This document shows positions 10,962 to 20,820 of a stretch of 64,000 bases of DNA, piece after piece. Origin of the DNA: Geosiphon pyriformis uo1. Lineage: Eukaryota; Fungi; Glomeromycota. Numbering within the stretch: position 1 is the first letter of the stretch; each line of letters opens with the position of its first letter. The notes under the pieces were generated by a model. That model worked only from the letters and a program-made list of their open reading frames with translations. It was not told where the DNA came from and searched no databases. The stretch spans positions 450,955 to 514,954 of the forward strand of contig JAAOMT010000328.1 in assembly GCA_016748015.1 (NCBI GenBank), written 5' to 3'. A program made the position numbers and the translations under genes.

Positions 10962-12814
10962 CTTTTGTTATATTTTTGGGTTGAAATGTTTTTAGATTTG
11001 TCTCATTCACGACAATCTATCAGCATTTCCATTGTCTTTTCTCTTTTTATAATGTACTGTATAATTGAATGGTAAAAGTTCTATTTTCCATCTGGCATAG
11101 CAATTATCTGCAAATTTTTGTTTCTAGATTGAAGTTAATTTTTTGTGATCCATATATATTTCAAACTTTTGGCTTAAGTATTCTCTTCATTTGATGACAG
11201 CCCAATAAATTGCTAAGTGTTCCAATACTGGAGTTCCATAGTTCTTTTCAACTAGACTTAAACTTCTACTGGTGTAAGCTACTGGATGCTTTCTTTCATT
11301 GGGTCTTTTCTGTAATAGTACTGCTCCCAATGCTTGATCTGATGCATCAGTAGTAATGATAAATGGTTTGTTGTGATCTGAATACATCAATACTGGAGCT
11401 TAGATAAGCTTTTTTCTCAATGTGTCAAATGCTTTTTGTTGAGCTTCAGTCCATTCATACTTTACATTCTTGGTTTGTAGATGGTGAAGTGACTGAGCTA
11501 GTTTAGAAAAGCCCTTGATAAAATGATAATAGTAGTCTGTGAATTCCAAAAATGCTCTTAGTTTTGGCAAGTTGGCTGGTACTGAAAAGTTCTTAACTAC
11601 TTTGATCTTGTCTGGATCTGTTTTGATTCCATTTTTGCTTATCACATGTCCCAAAAACTTGAGTTCAGTTTTTCCAAAGAAACATTTGGTTGCATTTAGT
11701 TTCAATCCAGCTCTTCTTAACTTTTCAAATACTTATTGGAAATAATGCAAATGATTATCAAATGTTTTTGAGAATACATTGGTATCATTCAAGTATATGA
11801 CTACTGATTTCCATAGCAATTCAGTATAGACAATTTCCATGAGCCATTGGAATGTTGCTGGAGCATTCATCAAGCCAAATGGCATGACTTCAAACTCAAA
11901 ATTTCCTTCTCTTGTGGTGAATGCTGTTTTTTCTTTGTCAGCTGGATCCATGGCTACTTGCCAGTAACCACTATCTAAGTTCAGTATTGAGAATCATTTA
12001 TTTCTTCCAAAAGCATCAAATAGTTCTTGGATCTTTGGAGTTGGATAGTTATCACCTTTTGTTACTCTATTCAGTTTCTAGTAGTCTACACAAAAACAGA
12101 TTTTTCTATTTTTTTTATGAACTAGTACTACTGGTGATGACCATGAACTCATTGATAGCTGAATTAGCCTGTTGTCAAGCATCCAGTTGATTTCTTGACA
12201 AATGATCTTATAGTTAACTGGTGGTACTCTGTATGTTCTTTGTTTAATTGGCATTGCATCTCCAGTTTTGATCTGATGCTGAATGATATTGGTTTGGCCA
12301 AATTTATTTTTGCTAGCAAAGATGTTATTGAAATTATTAAGTAACATCTTGAGTTGCATCCATTGAAGTGGATCTAGATTCCCTATGTTTATCTGTTCTA
12401 ATTGTTCTGGTTGGAACAAATAATATTTACTTCATCCATAAATAGTTTGTGATGTAATGTCCATATATCTGCAAAGCTGTGGAAAATCTGGAATGTAATT
12501 TGGTGGTTGATCTTCAACTTTAGTGGTCAAATATCCAATAATAGTTCTCTTTGGTATTTCAATGACACTTCTGGTTGTGTTGTAGATAGAAATTTTGATG
12601 TTTTTGGGGCTTTTGGCTGATATATAGAGATTAATAAGTCCAATCTCCTCTGATTCGCAAATGGTGGCTTTTGCTTTAAACAACTGAATCTGATTCTTTA
12701 CTTTTCTTTTTATAGGTAACATATACTGGTCATATGGTAGAATAGAAATTGATTGATGGATTGAGATAATTTCTCTTTTGTCAATAACTTCTTCCTCTGC
12801 CATATTAACTGGTA

Positions 12815-13200
12815 TATTTATTCTACCCATTAATCCAAATTCTTGTATCCCTCTAGCAGTAATCCCTAATTCTTCCCTGTTTCCCACTAACACTAATTGA
12901 GCTATTTTCACCAGAGGTAGGAATATTGCTTGTGCTATCTTTTCATTTGGCTCTATGATATTGGCTTTTTCAAAGTCATTTTGTAGCATAGCAATGATAT
13001 TTTCTACATACTCTGTGTCAATTATTCTTCCTCTGATGTTGATTCCTTTTTTTGCTAGGCTACTCTTAAATGCTAATTGAACTATGGTTGTTGTTGGAAT
13101 TTTCAGAGCTATTTTGAGATCAATACATGTGTGTGAATTTGGTTCCAATTTGATGGCTTCTTTTCCCAGATATTTCAGATCAAACTTTACATCAGTATTA
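12815..13200 (-). pseudogene. dut: dUTPase domain of B1
   Basis: Motifs FDL, KSSLA, GRIIDTEYVEN, KIAQAIF, RGIQEFGLMG. Confidence 0.85.
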
Positions 13201-14704
13201 TGCATGCATTCTGACATGATACCTTCATTATTGTTACTATACTATTTGAGTTCTTGCTCCTTAGATAGATCAAGAAGCACAATATATATTTTGGGGTTTG
13301 AATTGGAGTCTGGATTGCTGATATTTTTGTTGCCATTTTAAGTAGAGCTGGAACTATTATTTTTATCATTATTGTTGTCAGAGTTTGAATTGGGATTGAA
13401 AATTGATTCTGATTCTAATGCACAGTTGCTAATTGGTTTTTCTTTTTCTAGAATTGTGTAGATTATGCGTGGTGGTAAATTGTAAATGAAGTCACACTCA
13501 TTACAATATTGAAAGTCACATGGAATCAAACAGTGATCATATAGTCGAGTGTTGATTTCTTCTAAGTATTGCTTCTGCTCTTCTCTTGTAGGTGCTAGCT
13601 CTTGATAATGTTTGTAAAATTGTTTTGGATCTAGGAGATTTATGACTGGTTTTGGGTTCTAGTCAAGTTCTATAGGTTTAAGTGGGTTATTTTTAATTGT
13701 TTTTATTTCTTCTGGTGTTGCTCCTTTGATTTTGGCAAGTGCTATTTGCCAGATTTCATTATTGTTGTGTAGACATCCATCCAAACATTTGATGGCTCAT
13801 CTCCAGGCAGTGTCTATGAACATTCCTTTTCTCACCCAGTCACTTATGAGAATTGTGTATTAACATGATTTATNNNNNNNNNNNNNNNNNNNNCTCTTAA
13901 ATGCTAATTGAACTATGGTTGTTGTTGGAATTTTCAGAGCTATTTTGAGATCAATACATGTGTGTGAATTTGGTTCCAATTTGATGGCTTCTTTTCCCAG
14001 ATATTTCAGATCAAACTTTACATCAGTATTATGCATGCATTCTGACATGATACCTTCATTATTGTTACTATACTATTTGAGTTCTTGCTCCTTAGATAGA
14101 TCAAGAAGCACAATATATATTTTGGGGTTTGAATTGGAGTCTGGATTGCTGATATTTTTGTTGCCATTTTAAGTAGAGCTGGAACTATTATTTTTATCAT
14201 TATTGTTGTCAGAGTTTGAATTGGGATTGAAAATTGATTCTGATTCTAATGCACAGTTGCTAATTGGTTTTTCTTTTTCTAGAATTGTGTAGATTATGCG
14301 TGGTGGTAAATTGTAAATGAAGTCACACTCATTACAATATTGAAAGTCACATGGAATCAAACAGTGATCATATAGTCGAGTGTTGATTTCTTCTAAGTAT
14401 TGCTTCTGCTCTTCTCTTGTAGGTGCTAGCTCTTGATAATGTTTGTAAAATTGTTTTGGATCTAGGAGATTTATGACTGGTTTTGGGTTCTAGTCAAGTT
14501 CTATAGGTTTAAGTGGGTTATTTTTAATTGTTTTTATTTCTTCTGGTGTTGCTCCTTTGATTTTGGCAAGTGCTATTTGCCAGATTTCATTATTGTTGTG
14601 TAGACATCCATCCAAACATTTGATGGCTCATCTCCAGGCAGTGTCTATGAACATTCCTTTTCTCACCCAGTCACTTATGAGAATTGTGTATTAACATGAT
14701 TTAT
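13063..14704. other. Assembly gap (N 13874-13893) with duplicated flank
   Basis: 13063-13873 appears identical to 13894-14704 (offset 831). Confidence 0.92.
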
Positions 14705-17700
14705 TGCATGTTCCTCTTTACCCAGGAATGTCATTCCACATTCTTTTGTCCAGAAAAATTTCTCCACAAGCCAAGCATGGTTTATTGTTCCATTTTCCAA
14801 TCCATTTTGGCCTTTCAAAGCATTCAATGATGCATAGATGGTAGTAAAATTTTGTTGCCAAAGTGTACTCCTTATTGTTGCCACAACAAGCACTCATTGA
14901 TGACAATTTCTTGCCGCAATCAACACATACCAGTTTTGGGCGGTAATAAGTAGATTGGTGGGGTGTAGTGTAAGAATTATAAGTGGGGTTGCAGTCAGTT
15001 GTTGGTTCTTCTTCCTTCCTCTTTCCTTTTCCTTTTTTGTCTTCTTTCTATTCCCAATTTATTTGTTCTTCCTGATTGTTGTTAGTTTCCCAGGCTTGAT
15101 CGGCTTTCCAGGTAAGTTCTTTGCTCTGTTTTCTTTTGTTGTTGTCATCCCATGAAGGTACTGGCAGCAGTTTGTTGTGTTCAGTGTTGGCCCAAAAAAC
15201 TTGGTAGGCTTCCCAAGTAGATTTTTTCTCCTCTTCCTCAAATTTGATAAGTGAGTTTGTTAAATTGGTGGTCTTGAAATAGCCACACATGGCTGGTATG
15301 CATGTGTGTTAACTGTTCTGGCTAATTTGAAGCTCCTGCATATTCCAATCAAGCAATGCATTGGTTTTGGATAGCCAATCATTTTCAACGAGTGCTTGGT
15401 ATTGGGTGGCTTCTATGACCAGTACTTTGATTGGGACTATGATACCATTAACTTCGATGGGAAAGTCGTCAATCTTACCAATGGGAGTTTTTGTTGCTCC
15501 ATCAGTAGTTATGATCTTGGCACTGGCAGTGTAATCAACTCAGTGACTTAATTGGTCTATGAGTTGTTTTGTAATGATGCTGCCAGCTGATCCACTGTCT
15601 AGGATCAGTTTGATGAAATGGCTATCAACTTTAATATCAGTATATATGGCCATAATAGGGTTTTCTTCCAGAGCAGCTCCACTAAATAATAGTGTGGTCA
15701 ATGGTTCTTTGAATTTAAATGGGAAGATGGTGTCCAGTAATTTATTCTCGGTGATGGTAGCTGGTGGAATGTTGCTGGTAAGTGTTGGTTGTTGGTTGGT
15801 CTCCAGATTATTGAGTTGGGCATCTTCTGTGGTAACCAGGAGACTTAAATAGTTCTGGGAATTTGGGTTTTGGGCATACCCAGTGCCCAAATTTTGTTGT
15901 CAAAATCTTGCTGGTTGTGTGGAAGAACTGGAGATTGGTTGGTGAACTACCATCAACAATCTCCAGCTTTGTTGGGTCAATTTCAGCCTTTGGGTTCCGT
16001 TTTGAGGTAAGTTCTGTGGTGGTATTTGAATTTGTTGGGGTTAATAGATTACCTGAGACTGCAGCTGATAAATGGGTTGTGACTGTGGCTGATAAATTAT
16101 TAATGTTATCGGTTGATAAATTGGTATTTAATATATTGGTGAATGATAAAGTGGCTACTGAGTCATAGGTATGTAATTCTGATGATATGGCTCTGAGTTT
16201 GGTAGGTTATTCGGAATTTGAAACCGGCAATTGGAGTTTCGATATTGCTTTCCTGATCATTGATTATTTAAGTAATGACAGCAATTGATTTGTAGGTGTT
16301 CTTGTTTATCACAATAGTGGCAAATATGCATTTCTTGTTGCCACTGTTGATTGGTCGACGATAATAGATGTGACTAATTTTGGAAACAATTTGCGTTTCC
16401 AGAATTATTGCGTCATTGTGGTGATTGATAAATTGCGCAATTGTCAGCTAAGTATCTCTCTAATTTCTGATTGATAGAATCACTAAATTGTTTCAATTTG
16501 GAATCCAATTCAAATAATCTATTCATTACTAGATTAATGACTTGGGCATGATTAGCTTTGAGTTTAGCAGCTTCAAAATCTTGGGCATTTGTAACAGCTG
16601 CTTGCAGATCAATAGGATACAATAAATGTACGCATTGCAGGATGCTACTGCATAATCCACAAATAAACTGATTTAGGATCTGGGCCACTGTGAAATAATT
16701 GGTATTGATGACTTGGATCTGGCACAGATTCCTGTGGAAGTGTTCTAAGTAAGTAGTGACTGCTTTATTTTCTCTTTGTTTGATGATAGTAAATGTGTTT
16801 GCTAGTCTGTTAATGCTGTTATTATTGCTGAAATATCTTAAGAACTCAATTTTGAATGCATTGAAATCTTGGGGTTTGTTGACCAGGCTTTAGTACCATG
16901 AATTGGCAGTACTCTGGAGAAAATATGGGATGGCTTGCATGGCTCTGGCATTATTCCATCCATTAGCTGCAATGGCTTTCTCTATATCATTTAGCCATAC
17001 TTGAGCATCATCTTTTTTGTTAGTGAATTTTACAAGTTTGGCTATTGATGCATATGTCATTGGATCTAAGTTGGGTTGTGGTTGCTGCTAAATTTATTGT
17101 TAAGGTAGCAGTTGTAACTGTTGTTGCTGTTGAATGTTTGGTAAAGCTGGTGGTAGATTGATCACAATTACTGGAGGTAAGTACTGATTAATTATGTTGG
17201 GTTTTTGATTTTTCTGATTTTCTGAAGTTTGATTAACCAGAGTTTTAATTTCTGAAGTTTTTAGGATCAAGTTTTGCTTATTAACTTTCTGATTACTACT
17301 CTCTTTTTTCTTGGCATCAGTTATTTTCTAAGGATTAATGGCTTTGAAATCTGGTTGTAGTGGTGGTAATCAAATTCTTAATGGCGTTAGGGATTGTGAT
17401 TTAAATCTCTCGAAATAATCACCATATGTTCTTAATAACTTTGCCTTCTTTTGTTTACTTTGGAATGAAATTCTGTTTAGTGGCATTGTTACGCTTGTTG
17501 TAGCTGTGTTTATTATATTGATAGTGCTTCCGGGTGTGTGGTGATATGATGGATTAGCAGGTGAATCAAATCTTTGTTTTTTTCAAGTGGGTAGTTGGAT
17601 TTGCTTTGGTGTTCCTGCTGGTATTTGTAGCCTTCCTTTGTCTTTGTCTGCAAAAGTGATAGGAAATCTCTGTTTGGTGTATTTTTCAATTTCCCTGTTT

Positions 17701-17991
17701 ATTTCTATAATTAAGATAATTTTGTAAAAGGGTGGTGCTTTGAAGTAATTCACTAAAGAAGTTGTTGAAGGTGGATTCTGGATCTCCTTGGCCTCCCAAG
17801 TAATATACTACTCTTTCATTGACATAGCAATTGAAAGCTAATTTGGTTGGCCAATTATTATTTGTTAATCTGAGATGAGTGTGATAGTGTTGGAATAAGA
17901 ATTTTGCAAATCCTAAATGGTTTGTTTCTATTTCTTTGGATTCTGCCACTGTTTGGATGATTATGATTGGTGCTGTTCTCTGTAGAATTAT

Positions 17992-18009
17992 ACCTCACAG
18001 GAAGCACCA
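17992..18009 (-). promoter_or_regulatory. PBS of B1
   Basis: TGGTGCTTCCTGTGAGGT, 2 nt from LTR end. Confidence 0.88.
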
Positions 18010-18011
18010 AA

Positions 18012-18797
18012 TGTTACAAATGATTATTTGGGGTCTCAAATCAAATAACAAATCCGTAACTTGGTGTTCAATATCTTGACAATGCTGGTAATACTAGTAC
18101 ATTGGTTGTATCTGAAGGTTTTAGAGTTGAGTCCTTTGTATAATTGACAGAGATTCAATGACAATGTAGTTGGTTGGTAAGTTGTGTTCCCAATTTCTGT
18201 CTTCAGCTTGGTGGCTGGTTTTTTTTGGCAGTCATGTCCTTTTATTAAGCTATTCATTAATATATATATAATTTTACCTTTATTTCTGGGTCTTTTACCA
18301 GACTATCCATGATGTCAATTATTCAGCACTTTAATCCTTAATTAGTTAGTATATGACAGTAAAAATCAAAGAAAGAAAGAAATAAAAGAAAATAAAAAAA
18401 TGAGCCAAGACGATATGCACATTAGTTTCTCATTAATAGTTATGATCAAGAGCTATTGTTTCAGCATAGTTAGGTATCAATTACTATCAACATAAAGTAT
18501 TAATAGTAGAGAATAGATTTGGGATAGTGAATGATTTATTTATTTTAATATTTGTGGATGGAAGATTTTTAACTAAAAGATTCTTATCTTTTTACTTCTA
18601 ATACTATTGCTATATATACATAATTGATGTTCTACAAGATCACTCACATTTCCGAGTGATGTGCTATAATTTCTTAAGCAATGTGCCATGATTTCTATTA
18701 TTGCTTTACATTGCTGAGCAATATGCTCACATGCTACATACTATTTACTCATTGGTCTACTATTCTCTCTATATCTGTTTTTTTTTTATAAGTAACA
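18012..18797 (-). repeat. 5' LTR of B1
   Basis: Adjacent to PBS; ~100 bp shorter than the 3' LTR in the palindromic array. Confidence 0.92.
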
Positions 18798-18801
18798 ACA
18801 T

Positions 18802-19290
18802 AACAAGTTATGAACCTTTTTATCTGCTCTATAAACACATGGCAACACTACCAATAGAAACTAACATTGAAACAATTCTTTTTGAAGAGATCACAATAAA
18901 AAATTACAAAGAAATTTTGTAAAGAAGACTTGATACCATTCTTAACTCCTTGGTAGAAGTATAAATAATTGCTTTTGAAAAGATAAAACAGTTCCAAGAA
19001 AAGCTCAAAAAAAAAAAACCTATAAAATACTTTCTTTAAGTGTTGGTGACTTGATATTAGAATACTGTTTAAACAGAGACAATGTTTATGGTAATAAATT
19101 TTCTAGCTGGTGGAAAAGATTTTTTATAGTCAACAAAGTTTTGAACAATAGTTCTTATATTCTTTAAAATCAATTTAGAACAATCTTCAATAATTGTTCT
19201 ATTCATAATACACAACTTAAAAAATATCATAAATGACCTGATTGGTTGCCTGTTGTGGTAATACTAACCCAAATAATCAGCAAAAATTAA
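18802..19290 (+). pseudogene. A2 integrase, C-terminal part
   Basis: EPFYLLY..LPIE, VGDLIL, KFSSWW, degenerate GPY/F region. Confidence 0.8.
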
Positions 19291-19955
19291 GTATAAATAA
19301 ATGCATTATTCCCAAAACAGAGGTATTTTCAATTAACATAAACAATTATTTTCTGGATCAAAACATTCAAAATGCCTTTTATACTCTCTATAAATATTGG
19401 ATCAAAAACTATCTAAATACTATTCTGACTATTAAAAGACAAACCACCATAATGGATAACAATAGAACACATACTGTTATTAGATCAAAGAAAACCACTA
19501 TCAAAAGAGAAAAAATTGGTAGCAAAATAGATAAATATCTGTTAAAAAGTATAATAGCAGCTATACTTTTATCTTTTAGCACAATTGGAAAAACAATCCA
19601 AGAAATTTTGCCCATAGACAAAAATTTGTTATATGAAAGGCAATTAGAACTCTATGATTGCCTTGGAAAAATCATAGAAGATATAAAACTTATGAAGAAA
19701 ATAACTTCAGAGATACAGACAGAAATTTTGGGCATTATACAATTAAATATCTCAAGAGTTTTAACTATTGCTAAAAGAGCCAAAACTTTAATACAAAGAT
19801 TTGGTTTCTTGGATACAAAACTCATTTTATCTCAAGTATTATATACCTTATCCACAAAAAACTTCAACAAACTAGTTAGTTTTGAGTTAGATAAAACTTT
19901 TCAAATAGATTACATCATAAATAGCTTGATTTCACCAGAGCTCAATTTTTTTTAA
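19242..19955 (+). CDS. A2 ORF3, unknown function (start uncertain, ~19300)
   Basis: 237-codon open frame between integrase and PPT, same position as ORF3 in B and C. Confidence 0.6.
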   Translation: MVACCGNTNPNNQQKLSINKCIIPKTEVFSININNYFLDQNIQNAFYTLYKYWIKNYLNTILTIKRQTTIMDNNRTHTVIRSKKTTIKREKIGSKIDKYLLKSIIAAILLSFSTIGKTIQEILPIDKNLLYERQLELYDCLGKIIEDIKLMKKITSEIQTEILGIIQLNISRVLTIAKRAKTLIQRFGFLDTKLILSQVLYTLSTKNFNKLVSFELDKTFQIDYIINSLISPELNFF

Positions 19956-19963
19956 AAGGATAA

Positions 19964-20669
19964 TATTATGGTTAAAACCTATACTGTTTATTAATTATTA
20001 CATGTATTAACTATTAATGTCATATAATTAGCCACTCTATTTTTAGATAGTGATCATTGATCTGATTAATAACCTGACTGTTGATCTAATTGTTGACTTG
20101 ATTATTGATTTGATTATTAATTTAGTCGTTAACCTGATTATTGACCACTTTTGATAGCTATATAAGTAATGAATCTTTTAGCTGTAGAAAAGCATATAAA
20201 AATAAAAAAAATAAAATAACAACTTTCATCTTAATTATTCTTTTATTGCTAATTTCTCTTTTCTTACCTTTAAGTATCTAAATATCTTGGGATAAAAGAT
20301 TACTTGTTGGTTATTCCTTACTTTTTTTCTGAAATATGTAATTGTAGTATTTAAAGATTATTAAATAAAATGTGACTGAAGAACACATCTAATATCTGAT
20401 ATTGAATTCTAAGAGTGCTGACATAAGACATAGAATTATACCAGTATGAGATCATTTGTTAACAGTACAGACTATTTTTCTATTTTTAGATTTCTTGGTT
20501 ATATTTTGAAAAATATAGCAACTGAGATATTTTATAAAACTGATCTTACAAATTAAATCCATACTTATTTAATTTGCTCTTTAAAGTTAAATTTTCTTTG
20601 ATTCCTTTTATCACCTTACAATTTTGTTCTCTCTTGCTATCTGTTAGCTTGTTACTTTAACCTGTAATA
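19964..20669 (+). repeat. 3' LTR of A2
   Basis: TATTATGG...CTGTAATA (mutated termini); follows purine tract; aligns with 2882-3611. Confidence 0.88.
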
Positions 20670-20820
20670 ATAGGAAAAGAGAAATTAGTGATAAAAAAAA
20701 AATTAAGATAAAAGTTGTTATTTATTTATTTTATTTTCTTGATTTCTAATATGTATTTCTACAGCTAAAAAATTTATTGCTTATATTGTTATCAAAAGTA
20801 GAAAATCTGATTATTAATGA
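20670..20820 (-). repeat. Internal fragment of a family-A LTR
   Basis: Aligns with ~2302-2440. Confidence 0.75.

Larger units (their letters stand above)
10992..17949 (-). pseudogene. gag-pol: B1 gag-protease-Cys-rich-dUTPase-RT-RNase H polyprotein
   Basis: Capsid-like region, CCHC knuckle (~16275-16325), ILDSGSAGSII protease, dUTPase, MPFGLMNAPATFQ/YLND RT, TTDAS RNase H. Confidence 0.9.
8025..18797 (-). mobile_element. Full-length dUTPase-bearing Ty3/Gypsy retrotransposon B1, TSD ACAT
   Basis: LTRs 8025-8909 and 18012-18797; ACAT at 8021-8024 and 18798-18801; host integrase frame rejoins (VDYNI|TSYEPFYLLY). Confidence 0.95.
2882..20669 (+). mobile_element. Ty3/Gypsy LTR retrotransposon A2 (gag-PR absent; contains ORF1-only element and B1)
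   Basis: LTRs 2882-3611 and 19964-20669, PBS 3618-3635, RT-RH 6063-7138, IN 7200-8024 plus 18802-19290, ORF3, PPT ~19954-19963. Confidence 0.85.

Noticed and set aside
10753-11010. 85-aa ORF bridging RNase H and integrase in B1
   Set aside because: Out-of-frame read across the spacer and integrase N-terminus; not conserved in B3 or B4
13063-14704. Apparent tandem duplication of the dUTPase N-terminus and Cys-rich region
   Set aside because: Identical copies flank a 20-N gap in otherwise heavily mutated DNA; unmerged contig overlap
19242-19955. ORF3 as an envelope gene
   Set aside because: No evident signal peptide, transmembrane anchor or fusion peptide, and too short
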